Below the pieces are notes generated by a model, which worked only from the letters and a program-made list of their open reading frames with translations, did not search any database and was not told the DNA's origin. DNA of 64,000 nt from Raillietiella orientalis (lineage: Eukaryota): NCBI GenBank assembly GCA_036172245.1, contig JAYWIR010000068.1, positions 1 to 64,000 of the forward strand, read 5' to 3'. Within the stretch, counting starts at the first letter, position 1, and the number at the start of each line of letters is the position of its first letter. Below, piece after piece: positions 25,710-37,300 of the stretch. The position numbers and the translations under genes were made by a program.

Positions 25710-26294
25710 CTATCAACTTGGCGTCCGCATTCACTATTGTGATGGGACGCCAGTTGTTCATGCTCCTTAGGTATCCTCCCTTCGGGAGGAGCAGCACCTT
25801 TGCTGAACGGAACGAGGTGGGAACGTCACCTGTCTCGCGAATCAGCAAGGTGAGTTGCTGTACCAGGGGGGTAAGCTCAGCCGCGAAATTTTGGTAAAAC
25901 TCCGCGGTCAGGCCGTCCTCCCCTGGAGCCTTCCGCCTCTTGAGCTTTCCGATGCACGAGAGGATCTCGTCCATCGTGAAAGGCTCGTCGAGGCTTCTTT
26001 TCTCCTCCTCCCCTATCGCCGGAGCACCTTCCGGAAGCAGAAGTCGTGAGACGTCTCGCTCCGGAGGCGCCCTGGCGTACAGGGAGGAGTAAAATTTCTT
26101 CACAATGCCGCGGTTCTGAGCAGGAGCCGAGTGCTCCCGGCCCTGGTCGTCCAGCAAGCTAGCCGACCCGGATTGCCAGGCTTGCCTCTCGGCTCCCGCT
26201 CGATACTTTGCTAACCTGCGCATGTCGGAGGTTCTCGCGTAACGTCGGGCCTGAAGATAGCACCTTTCGTTACGCGGCCCCTCCCCGAATCCCA
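25710..26294 (-). mobile_element. Family A ORF2 fragment (linker to start of RT)
   Basis: GFGEGPRNER...KAPGEDGL...NWRPITIVNADAKLI. Confidence 0.9.
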
Positions 26295-26394
26295 ATCCTC
26301 GAGAGCGGACGTGTTTTTCCGGCGCTCCGCGAACGAGCAGCGGAAAGCGGTTTTTTTTGGTTCAGTGTGTGCTTTTTCACATCGTTGGTGTCCG

Positions 26395-28281
26395 ATGGCA
26401 TCGCTGCCAGAGGACACAACGATGAAGGTAGGCGTGAGGGAGGCTAGCCCCCCCCCTCGACCTACAGAATCAGGGGCATCCGCCCCGGAATCGCCCTCGT
26501 CGCCCAAGACGAGGAACTGGAGCGCCATGGTCGCCGCGCCGAGCGCGGAAACCTTGGCTGAGCAAGCGGCCTACAGGGCCTCCGGATATAAACTATCCCT
26601 GGTTTATAAGGTAGGAAACCTGTTCGACGGTCGCACCGCGCGTGCCTTTAGCAAGGCACTACAGGAATTCCCCGTGCGTGAGGAGGATCTTGACGGCCTC
26701 GCCGTACTCAGCGGGGGGCAACGCGTAGAGGTCGTCTGCAAAGACGTAGCCCTAGCGCAGCGCCTCATCAACACCCCGCTGAATGTGGCTGGACGAAAGA
26801 TCCTACCCGTTAGCATGGACCGCTCCGTAGTGGTCTATCTAACGGGGATCACGAACCGCATGACGCGCTCTGCGGTGAACGCGGAATTGAAGAAATACGG
26901 AGATGTGCACGCGCTGTGGCCAAAGCCAACCATTTTTGACGGCTATAACAGCCTCTTTGGTGGCCAGGCAGCAGCGCGTTTCACTGTGAACGAGGGTGCT
27001 GGGTTACCCCACAAACTGGAGGTCGCGAAGGAGCCCGTCGACCTCTGGTACGTGGGGAAACCCCGCCATTGTGGCTACTGCGATGCAGTAGGGCATGTGC
27101 GCAGGCGGTGCCCGAATATCGAGTGCCACTTGTGCGGGGAAAAGGGACACGTCCGTCGTGTGTGCCCTAAACGCCCCACCCCGGTGCCACCTGCTGCCAA
27201 AAAGGCACAGGCGAAAAAAATGAATAAGGTCGAAAGACCTCATCGCGAGAATGGCCGGCCTCAGCAGCCTTCTCCTCCTCCTCCAACCCAGGCGGCGGCG
27301 GAAAAAACCGCGAAAGACGCAGGCGAGGAAGAAGGATGGACGCTGGTAAAGGCCAGAAAAGAACCCAAAAAGGGTTCACACGAGAAGGCGGAGAAAACGC
27401 CGGTCGCGAAGGCGAAAAAACCTGGTCCGCGATCTAAAACTCTCCGCGAGTGCTCGGTAGCACTGGAGCGCATCAGCGTTCCCGAGGCTGCCACCCGGGG
27501 CGACGAGCCTCCCCTCGCCGTTTCCGCCGCGCCCGAGGTTCGCGACGGCGAACCCTCTGTTTGCACAGAGGATGAGACGCGCGACGCGCGCGACGCCGGC
27601 GAGGACGCCGCCTTCGCGAAAGCGGCGGAGCTCGCGGCCACGCTGGCTGAGCGTGAGAACCCCTCACGCAAGGCCGTGCGAAGGCCGGCTCCGCCGAAGA
27701 AGGCCCCCGCAGGTGAGTGCGACCTGAGGGCCGGAAGTGCATCCTCCTACTCGGAGGCACCCCCCCAGAAGACGGGACGCAAGTCCCAAAAGCCGAGGAA
27801 GCGCCTCCCCTCCACGAGCGAGGAGGAGAAGCAGGAAGTCGCCGACAGCGTGGGAATCCCGGAGGGGGAGCTCCCACGCGCGGAAGCCGTCGAGCAGGAC
27901 ACCCCCATGGAGGAGGGTGAGCAGGGGGGCGAAATCCCCCCTGCCGTCGCGGACCCTGAGGAGCCCACCCCTATGGAGGAGGGCCACCAGGTTGGCGCAA
28001 CCCCACCTGAGGGTGAACCGCCCGACGCGCCGTCACCGATGAAAGAGGGTGGCCAGGTGCTAGAGGCACCTGTCCCTCCTCCTCCACCTAGCGTCCCGCC
28101 CCAACAGGTGGCGGACGCCGCACAGCCGATTTCCCAGGAACAACACCTGGGCTCGCCTGTCGCCGTCGAATCCGCGTGGCCAGTTGGAACGTCAACGGGC
28201 TGCGCGACGACGGCAACAGACGAGATACGGCCGACACCGTGCGTGACTTCGACCTCGCCCTGCTGCAGGAGATCCACGTGA
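26395..28281 (+). CDS. ORF1 gag-like protein (reads past the usual stop position at ~28141)
   Basis: CGYCDAVGHVRRRC and CHLCGEKGHVRRVC knuckles; similar to ORF 20019-21920. Confidence 0.85.
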   Translation: MASLPEDTTMKVGVREASPPPRPTESGASAPESPSSPKTRNWSAMVAAPSAETLAEQAAYRASGYKLSLVYKVGNLFDGRTARAFSKALQEFPVREEDLDGLAVLSGGQRVEVVCKDVALAQRLINTPLNVAGRKILPVSMDRSVVVYLTGITNRMTRSAVNAELKKYGDVHALWPKPTIFDGYNSLFGGQAAARFTVNEGAGLPHKLEVAKEPVDLWYVGKPRHCGYCDAVGHVRRRCPNIECHLCGEKGHVRRVCPKRPTPVPPAAKKAQAKKMNKVERPHRENGRPQQPSPPPPTQAAAEKTAKDAGEEEGWTLVKARKEPKKGSHEKAEKTPVAKAKKPGPRSKTLRECSVALERISVPEAATRGDEPPLAVSAAPEVRDGEPSVCTEDETRDARDAGEDAAFAKAAELAATLAERENPSRKAVRRPAPPKKAPAGECDLRAGSASSYSEAPPQKTGRKSQKPRKRLPSTSEEEKQEVADSVGIPEGELPRAEAVEQDTPMEEGEQGGEIPPAVADPEEPTPMEEGHQVGATPPEGEPPDAPSPMKEGGQVLEAPVPPPPPSVPPQQVADAAQPISQEQHLGSPVAVESAWPVGTSTGCATTATDEIRPTPCVTSTSPCCRRST

Positions 28282-29159
28282 TCACCTCGGCAGACGTCCA
28301 GGAGATCGAGGCGCTCGCGGGGGGTCGACTGTATTGGCGATGCGGCGCCAGCAACACCTGCGAGGTCGCGTTCTTCGTCAAGCCGGCCATCGACGCTGCC
28401 GTGAAGGGCATACGCTTTGATGACGACGGTCGGGTCGGTCAGCTGATTCTCAGCTGGTCCGACTCGATCGAATTGATCGTCACGAACGTGTACGCCCCGA
28501 GCGGAAAAGGGGGATACAGCGACCGTACCAGGCTGCTGGAAACCCTGAAGCGCGATTGGCTGGCCGACACGAATGTGCGGAAGGCACACCTGAAAGCTGG
28601 AGACTTCAATCTCCGTCTGCTGTCAGGTGAGCCCGAAGCACAAGAACGCACGGCCAACGAGTTCTTCGCTGCCATGCGCACGCGCAACTTGTTGGCAGAC
28701 GCGGAGGGAATGGACCGCAGCATCGACCACTTCTTCCTGGACGTCGACCTGTGCTCGCGGGTCGGCAAACGGGGAAAAGTTGCGTCGACGCTGTCGGACC
28801 TTTCCAGGATCATCGCCGAGGTTTGCCCGCGCGACAAAGGACCCCCGTCCAGGGCGTGGCGGCTGCCTGGGGACTGGACGCGGCTCTCAGGTGCGAAGGA
28901 ACACCTTCGCGAATTCCTGAGAGGCGTCACCCTCCGCAGTCTCCATTGAAACCCGGGTGCGCCGGGACGTTTATTCTAACGAATAAACTTATACAATCTG
29001 TGACTGGACCAGTAGTCCAGCCACGCCCCAGAAAATTTCAGCCTGCCGGGCTGCCGGTGCGCAGACCGGCGCGGTCCACCTCGGCAGCAGAGAGGAGGGG
29101 AATGAAACAAAAGAAAACAAAAAAATAAAAAAAAAAACGGTGATGGAGCGGGGAGGGAT

Positions 29160-32100
29160 GACTGTCTGCTGGGAGGGTCCGTCCTTCTCTGGAGGATTTC
29201 GGCAAGCTGTTGCTGGATGGTGGATGTCAGATGGGGCCATCGCTTCGCCATCCTCAAAAAGCGGGCGGCGTACACGGTAGCATCCCTGTCGCTGGTTCCT
29301 CCCGTCGCTTTGCTAAATGTCACTACGATCCCGCGTAGGCAGCACAGGGCTGCAAGCGAAGCCGCTGGAGGCAGGGCGTCACGGACGAAGAGTGGGCGCA
29401 AAGCGTCTCTGCGGTTGCCTACGGGGATACCCAGGGCCGCGGCAAAGCGTTCCCACAAGGGACGGAGAGCAACACAATCCACTAACAGGTGAATGAGGTA
29501 TTCCCTCTCCCCGCACCTGACACAATTGAGATTGACACCCTCCCGCGTCCAGTGGTGTCGGCGGGCATTGCAAGGAAGGCCCCAATGCAACACCAGGAGT
29601 GTTGACTGTTGCCAATTCATGGAAAGGGTGCGCGAGTCCATGAGCACCGGGGGCCACTCGAGATGTTCCTACGGAACAACCAGTAGCTCGCCCCAGCGCA
29701 AGAGTCCGTGTGGGGAGGTCCTCGGGGACGCAGCGTTGGTCAGCTGGCCCGTTCTCCAATCCCCGATCTTCTTTTCCCTGTTGGCGAAGTTGAAGGTAAC
29801 CTCCCATTGTGTCACGAGGTCACTGCCCAGATGTTCCCATAGGGTAGGCAGTACCCCAGCAAGGGAGGTTCCTTCTGCCCACGCTCTCCTTCAAGGATCC
29901 TCGACGATTTCACGGAGAGTACAGTGGGCGTGCGGCCCGAACAGAGCTATTCGATCGTGTTGCGGGCTCTGCTCCTGCGTCATCGCCCACGTGCGAACGG
30001 TTTCCTGCAGCCAGGCAGGACCGTTCGCGGGGCGTACGAGGATCCGCGCCGAGTTGTTCTTCACGAGCTTGGCCGCCCTCCCAAGTTGAAGTCCGCAGTG
30101 GCAGATGGGGCTTCGGAGTGCAAAGGAGGACGAGAGTCCCGCATTGCCGGTGGCCCGCTCGACGAGGAGACGTGCAGGGAGGCACCAAGGGGTGCACCAA
30201 TTTCCTGCCATAAAGGCAACAACTCGGAACTGGAGCTGTAGCTCCAGCCGCTCCAACGTCAGGAAGCCCAGACCACCATCCCGACGAGGAGCGCACAAGT
30301 CCGAAAGACGGACTCGGGGCCTCCCTCTGCCCCAAAGGGCGATCCTCAGGAGGTCCTTCGTCCTCTTCTTTGACTACGCTGAGGGGGGGCAAACAAAAAG
30401 CAAGGGGCGAAGGAGGGGGGCCGCAAACGCGTTCCACGCCGCGGCCCGTTCCTGCAGGTAGAACCTGCCGTCCTGGAACGGGCCGATCGCCGCCTGAGCC
30501 TGCTGAAGGCAGCCGGACCACGCTTCCGCAGGGGAGTACTCCCCCAACGGCACACCAAGGTACTTGAAGTACCTCACCGTGGGGATCCCCAAACAGACCC
30601 AGTCCTGCTGCCCTGCCCACGCCGCTCAAACTGGCATTACAAACGACTTCGCCCTGTTCACCGTCAGTCCTGTTCAACGACTCAGCAGCTCGAAGAAGTC
30701 TTCGACCGCCGAGGCCAGGGTGGACATAGGCAGCAGCAGCAGAAGATCGTCCGCGCACGCCGAAACCGCAGGCGTACCGGGGCAATCGCACGGAAGGTGC
30801 GCAAGAGTCTCCCTGTACGCTCTCAGCACCAATTCGAAAAAGGAGCTAAAGAGCAGGGGGCTCAGGCTGTCTCCCTGCCGTATGCCGCGTCGCACCGGTA
30901 CTCCGTGCACGGTTTGCCCGCTGAAAAGAACATTAATGAGCGCGTCGCGCCAGCTGGAGCGCAGGTAGGCCAACAAAGAGGCCGGGAAGCCCAAGCGTTC
31001 CAGAAGCTCCAGCAGGAGATTCTGGTCGACGCTGTCGAATGCTTTACGCAAGTCGACAGCGACCGCAAGGGCTCCCTTCCCCACCCTACCGTTCCATCTC
31101 TCGCCAACGGACGCACCGGAATTCCGGCTGCTCAATAAGCCCCTTCCTTTTGGAGCTCTAACCATGTGGAAGCGTGGAACAGGTTCGCCTCCATGCTCCG
31201 CCCGGGAACAGCATAAGTCAGTTCCGGGCTCATGAAGATGTTGGCGACCCGTCCCAGGCGCTCTGCCCACATCTTGGCTATCAACTTAGCGTCCGCATTC
31301 ACTATTGTGATGGGATGCCAGTTGTTCATGCTCCTTAGGTCTCCTCCCTTCGGGAGGAGCCGCACCTTTGCTGAACGAAACGAGGTGGGAACGTCACCTG
31401 TTTCACGGATCAGCAAGGTGAGCTGATGTACCAGGGGAGTAAGCTCAGCCGCGAAAGTTTGGTAAAACTCCGCGGGCAGGCCGTCCTCCCCTGGAGCCTT
31501 CCGCCTCTTGAGCTTTCCGATGGCCGAGAGGATCTCGTCCATCGTGAAAGGCTCGTCGAGGCTTCTTTTCTCCTCCTCCCCGATCGCTGGAGCACCTTCC
31601 GGAAGCAGAAGTCGTGAGACGTCTCGCTCCGGAGGCGCCCTGGCGTACAGGGAGGAGTAAAATTTTCTTACTATCCCGCGTTTCTGAGCGGGAACCGAGT
31701 GCTCCCGGCCCTGGTCGTCCAGCAAGCTGGCTGATCCGGATTGCCAGGCTTGCCTCTCGGCTCCCGCTCGGTACTCTGCTAACCTGCGCATGTCGGGGGT
31801 TGTCGCGTAACGTCGGGCCTGAAGATAGCACCTTTCGTTACGCGGGCCCTCCCCAAAACCCGCAGGTAAACGATGCAGGGGAAACTGATCGCAGAACTCC
31901 TGGACCGACCGCTTGAAGCGGTCCCAGTCCTGAAGTGTCTGCATCCTGAAGCTCCGAATAAACGCGCGGAGGTGCTCCGCCGCGTCGGGAAACTTCAGCC
32001 AGTCCCCTGGCAGACGCCACGCTGACGAGGGGGGGCCCTTGTCGCGCGGACGCACTTCGAACATGATCCGACCATGGTCCAACAGCTCGGATGGTACCTT

Positions 32101-32739
32101 GCCACGCCTGCCCAACCGAGAGCATAGCTGCTGATCAAGGTACACGTGATCGATGCTGCTTTCCATGGCTGTGTCCCCGGCCAACAAGTTGCGCGTGTTC
32201 ATTTCTGCGCACAACTCGTTGACGCGGTCGTTCAGTGTATCCGGCGCACCTGAAAGCAGGCGCAGGTTGAAATCACCTGCGATCAGGTGCGCTTTGCGAA
32301 CTCCTGCATCGGTCACCCAATCGCGTCTCAGGGCAAGGTAGAATTCCCTTCTTGCCTTCGCCTTCAACGCGTTATTTCCGCTAGGAGCGTATAGGTTGTT
32401 GACGACCAGGTCGATAGAGTCGGACCAGCTGAGAGTCAGCTGACCGACGCGACCTGCGTCATCGAACCGAACGTCCTTTATTGCGGTGTCGATGGCTGGC
32501 CGAAGCAGGAAGGCGACACCGCTTGATTTCGCGGGGCCGCAACGCCACAACAGCCGCCCACACGAGATCTGTTCGATCTCCCGGGCTTGATCTGCGGAGA
32601 TCACATGGATCTCCTGCAGCAGCACCAGGTCGGAGGATGCCAGGGTGGCGGCCACGTCACGCCTCTTGCCGTCGTCGCTTAGCCCGTTCACGTTCCAACA
32701 GGCGATCAGAAGACGACGGCGAGAGGCGATTCCCGGCAT
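29160..32739 (-). pseudogene. Family A ORF2 (APE-RT-zinc), frameshifted near 31140 and 30360
   Basis: ORFs 31132-32739, 30674-31270, 29891-30298 and 28976-29647 carry consecutive ORF2 motifs. Confidence 0.9.
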
Positions 32740-34397
32740 TATGGCTGGGAAAGTGGCGTCGCGGCACCTGCCGCGGGGCAGGTGTACGAAAGGTCCATGG
32801 GTACGAGGACCATCGGAACGAGGACGGAGGCCTCTTCAGGCGCCTGGTGTACCTGTTCGGCCTCCATCCTCACCATCCCCTCCGTGTCCGAGCGTGGAAT
32901 TCTCTCGGGCGACGGGTCCCGGGAGTTTCCCACGCTCATGGCACCCTCGCTACCACAAGCCATCTCTTCCCCTTCGTCGGGGGAGACGATCTTCCGGGGC
33001 ATTGTGGACTTTCGTCCTGCCTTTTTGCGGGGTGCCGCGGAGATGGATGCTGTGTTTCCGGCCTTCACCTCGGGGTCGGAAGTGGCCGACTCCTGAGGGG
33101 AAGCCGGACGTCTGACGGCCTTCTTGCCAGCCTTGGGGGCAACCGGCTGCAACGAGGCAGCCAGCTCCTCCGCGGCGCGCTCCAAGGCGACGTCATCGAG
33201 CGTGGGCTCGATGACGCACGCCACCGCCTCGCTCCACTCCTTGTTGACTTTGTCAACGGAGGGTTGAGCAGGGGCAGCAGGGAGTTCTTTAGCGCCGCAT
33301 TCGTCGATGGCGGGAATCCGCTCTACAACGACGCAGCAGCTTTTAATTTTATCGCGGCGCAGAGCGGTTTCGCTCCGTTTCGCCACGTTCTTTCCCTTCT
33401 TATGGGAGGTTTTCTTGGGGTCGACCTTCTGCCACCCTGGCTCTTGACCCTCGCCCTCGACCTTTTCGGCGTCTTTCGCCGAAGTCTCCGGGCTGGCCTT
33501 CGCCTTGGTGGCGGAGGTGACCTCCTTAGCAGCAGCACGAGCTGCCAGCTTCTTTCTCTTTTTTGCCGCGCGCTTTCTCGCGTTTTTCGCGCACACGACG
33601 CGGACTGTGTTTTGGGGGCACACCAGACGAGTGTGCCCCGCTTGTTTGCATTGCTGGCACTGCACGCTCGGACACCTCATTTTAAGGTGACCAAAGCTGC
33701 TGCAGCAGCCGCAAAACTTGGGTTTCCCCACGTACCACACGTCAACGGATTCACCGTTGACGGTGAGTTTGTGGGGAATCTCAGATCCCTCGCGAACCGT
33801 CACTCGCGCTGCACCCAGGCCGCCAAGCAACCCGTCGTGATCGACAAAAGGAGTAGGCTTGCCCCACAGCGCGTGGAGAGTTGCGAATTTTTCCAATTTG
33901 TTCCGGACGGCCTCCTTCGTCATCCGGAACGTGATACCGGTCAGGTGAATGATCACCGACCGGTCTTCTGTTATTGGGAGAAGCCTCCGGCTGCCCATAC
34001 TTACGGAGGTTCGCAGAAGTCTCTGCGCAAGAGTTGCCTCCTTGCAGATAACTTCCACAAATTGACCCCCGCTTCTGACGGACATAGCCAGAAGCTCCTC
34101 TTTCTGTACGCCGAGAACGCGCATCGCCTGTGAGAAGGCGCGCGCGTTCTCGGGAGAATATAGACCGCCTACCTTATATAGAAGGGGTGGGTCATACCCC
34201 TCCTCCAGGTAAGCGCGCATTTCCGCCATAGCCGCTGGCGTAGGTGCCGCAGCCATGGCGTTCCAAGCCCTGGGTAGGGCCGGGGGCGCATCCATGCTGG
34301 CGGAAGCCTCCATTGATGCGGGAGCCCCCACCTCCATCTCCTCCGGGGGCAATGAGGTCATCGCCCTCGCATCCTCACCGGTGGTGGTATCAGGCAT
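32739..34397 (-). CDS. Family A ORF1, open, 552 aa
   Basis: ATG-to-stop ORF with CGCCSSFGHLKMRC and CQQCKQAGHTRLVC knuckles. Confidence 0.9.
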   Translation of the reverse strand: MPDTTTGEDARAMTSLPPEEMEVGAPASMEASASMDAPPALPRAWNAMAAAPTPAAMAEMRAYLEEGYDPPLLYKVGGLYSPENARAFSQAMRVLGVQKEELLAMSVRSGGQFVEVICKEATLAQRLLRTSVSMGSRRLLPITEDRSVIIHLTGITFRMTKEAVRNKLEKFATLHALWGKPTPFVDHDGLLGGLGAARVTVREGSEIPHKLTVNGESVDVWYVGKPKFCGCCSSFGHLKMRCPSVQCQQCKQAGHTRLVCPQNTVRVVCAKNARKRAAKKRKKLAARAAAKEVTSATKAKASPETSAKDAEKVEGEGQEPGWQKVDPKKTSHKKGKNVAKRSETALRRDKIKSCCVVVERIPAIDECGAKELPAAPAQPSVDKVNKEWSEAVACVIEPTLDDVALERAAEELAASLQPVAPKAGKKAVRRPASPQESATSDPEVKAGNTASISAAPRKKAGRKSTMPRKIVSPDEGEEMACGSEGAMSVGNSRDPSPERIPRSDTEGMVRMEAEQVHQAPEEASVLVPMVLVPMDLSYTCPAAGAATPLSQP

Positions 34398-37300
34398 TTC
34401 TGCCTAATCCTCCACCCACACCACGCACAAGCACCCACGGAAATGGAACTCAGGAGCAACGAAAAGACACGTCCGCTCGACGCTCCGCAGTCTCCAAGAC
34501 TGGGACCTCTTCAAGGCCTCGGTCCGCGAGTTCTGCGAGGAGTTTCCCCTTCACCGCCTGCCCCCCGGATTCGGGGAGGGGGCTCGGAACCATCAAGCTT
34601 ATCCACAGGCCCGCCGGTACGAGAGGACCCCGAATGTCCGTCGCCTCGCGGAATATCGAGCCGGGGCCGAACGCCAAGACTGGCAATTCGGGTCGGCCAG
34701 CTTGCTGGACGACCAGGGCCGGGAGCGATTCGCCCCACCCGCGATCAGGCACCTCGTGCGACGTTACTACTCCTCCCTCTACGCTAGGGCACCCCCAGAG
34801 CGGAACGCCTCGCGGCTCCTGCTCCCGGATGGAGCACCGGCAATAGGGGAGGAGGAGATCAGCCTCGACGAGCCTTTTTCTACCGGTGAAATTCTCGCCG
34901 GTATTAAAAGGCTCAAAAGGCGTAAGGCGCCAGGGGAGGACGGCCTGCCTGCGGAATTCTTTCAATGTTTCGCGGCAGAGCTGGCACCCCTGGTACTTCA
35001 GTTCACCGGGCTGATCCGTGACGAAGGCGACATTCCCGCCTCGTTTCGGTCAGCCCGTGGGAGGCTCCTCCCGAAGGGAGGAGACCTGAGATCCTTGGGC
35101 AATTGGCGTCCGATCACAATCGTGAATACGGACGCCAAGCTGATCGCTGGACTGTGGGCTTAGCGTCTAGGACAGGTGGCAGACTCCATAATTAGCCCGG
35201 AGCAGACGTACGCTGTTCCCGGGCGAAGTATGGATGCCAACCTGTTCTTCGCGAGCACATGGTTCCATATGCAGCGCTGCCTGAACGACACAGGGGGAAA
35301 GATTGGCAACCCCACTTTGGGACCGCCAGCTGGGCTGGGAATGGATACCCGGGCTGGGAAGGGAGCCCTAGCGATCGCGGTCGATCTCCACAAGGCGTTC
35401 GACTGCGTAGACCAGGAGCTACTGTTGGAGCTCCTGGGTCGAATGGGCTTCCCACCCTCCCTTCTCTCCTACCTGCGCTCATGCTAACGCAATGCCATTG
35501 TCAACACCGTCTTTTCCAGCCAACAGGTGTACGGCGTGCCGGTGCGGCGGGGCATACGGCAGGGCGATAGCCTCAGTCCCCTGCTCTTCAGCACCTACTT
35601 TGAGTTGGTGCTGAGAGCGTACAGGGTGACTTTGGCTGCCCTGCCCAGCTCGTGCCCCGGCACGCCCGCCGTAGCAGCATACGGCGACGATCTTCTGCTC
35701 ATGTTGCCCATGTCCGCCCCGGCAGCCGCAGTCGAGGATTTCTTCGACCTGCTAAGTCGTGGGACTGGACTACGGGTAAACAAGGCGAAGTCGTCGGTCG
35801 TACCGGTGGGTGCGACGTGGGTCGGACGGCCTGACTGGATCCGCTTGGGGATCCCCACGGCCAGGTACCTGAAGTACCTGGGTGTCCCGTTGGGGGACTT
35901 CTGCCTCGCAGAAGCATGGTCAGGTCGTCTATAGAAGGTAGAGTTGGCAATCGGCCCGTTCCTGGAAGGCAAGTTCCTTCTGCCGGAACGGGCCGCGGTG
36001 TGGAACGCCTTCGCGGCTCCCATCCTCCGCCCCCTGCTTTTCGTGTGCCCCGTCCCCCGTGAGATTAAAAAGAGGACAAAAGACCTACTCCGCATCGCCC
36101 TCTGGGGCAGCGGGAGGCCACGTTTGCCTCTGGATAATTTATGCGCTCCTCGTCGGGACGGCGGTCTCGGCCTCCTGACGCTGGAGCGCCTCGAAATACA
36201 GCTGCGATGGCGTACCCTCGCCATCGCAGCGAAGACTTGGAGCATTCCTTGGTGCGTTCCGGCTCGCCTCCTCGCCAGACTTGTGTCCTGGTGTGAAGGA
36301 TTCGCGTCTTTCCTTCTGTGCCGTGGCCAGAAGATTCGAAGGTACGGCCTACTGCTCGGGTGCATGGCAACCCTGGCGAAGGAGAACCGCTCGATGGTTT
36401 GTGGCCCCGCCAACTCCTCCGCTTGGCTGGAGGAGCCTGCTGGCACCTGGGCCAAACAAAACTCGAGGAGTCAAGATCCGATTAACTGACTGCGCATCGG
36501 CCTGTACGCCCGCCGCACCCTGCGGGAAATACTAGAATTTCCGCGTGTCGCGCGTGCGCGCAGAGGACCACCCGTGATAGGGCGATGCCCTACCTCTGGA
36601 GGGCGCTTCACGGCCGCCAGAAGAGGAGGTGGCAAGTCTCTTGTTGAATTGCAGGCAGAAAAAAGATGTTAAGCGGCTGGATCACAGGAGAACTGGCGGA
36701 CGCCAAGACCCCGAGCGTCCAGCCGCGAGGATTGATGAGATGGGGCGAGCTGTACGCCATCCCTACGTATGTGCTGAAGTGGCCCCCGGTACTCTAGGAA
36801 TCCAGGATCTCTTTCCTTAAGTGGCAAGAGTCGGCGTTGCTACTGCTGGACTGCGGTTTACCCAGCAACGCGCGCCGCTTCCACTGGACGAGGGGAGCTG
36901 TGGGTCCTGAGTGTGCCAGGTGCGGGGAGCGTGACTCGCTCCCCCACCTTATTGTGGACTGTGCTCCCCTGCGTCCCCTTTGGGAACGGTTCGGGACGAC
37001 CCTCGGGCTCTCTACGGACAGCACCCCCAGAGACGTTCTCCGGCCCCTCTTCTTGAAGAACAACCTGCATCCAGCCGCAGCCTTCCCAGCCCTGTGCTGC
37101 GTCCGAAGCATTGTGGCGGCCTGAATTCACACTAACAACTAAGGAGTGTATCCAAACGCGAGGGAAGTCGTCCCATACGTCCAACGCTTCATGCGAAGAG
37201 CTGCAGGATGGCCCCAACTGGGGAATATACGGATGGACCTCGAGGGCTTCCTTCTCACAGCGAGCAGTTATCCCTTGCCTGCCCTCCAACTTCTTTTTGT

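Larger units (their letters stand above)
28946..34482 (-). mobile_element. Family A full-length element (~5.5 kb) with a 14-bp TSD
   Basis: CTCCGCAGTCTCCA at 28932-28945 and 34483-34496; 5' motif at 34475-34468; 3' hairpin 28946-28975. Confidence 0.96.

Noticed and set aside
32481..34133. Long antisense ORFs (550 aa here; also 20656-22037 and 917-1996)
   Set aside because: Shadow frames of GC-rich LINE ORFs; no domain motifs and not conserved between copies
19815..34482. An intact autonomous element
   Set aside because: Each full-length copy has frameshifts or stops in ORF2 (e.g. ~22105 and 22198; ~31140 and 30360)
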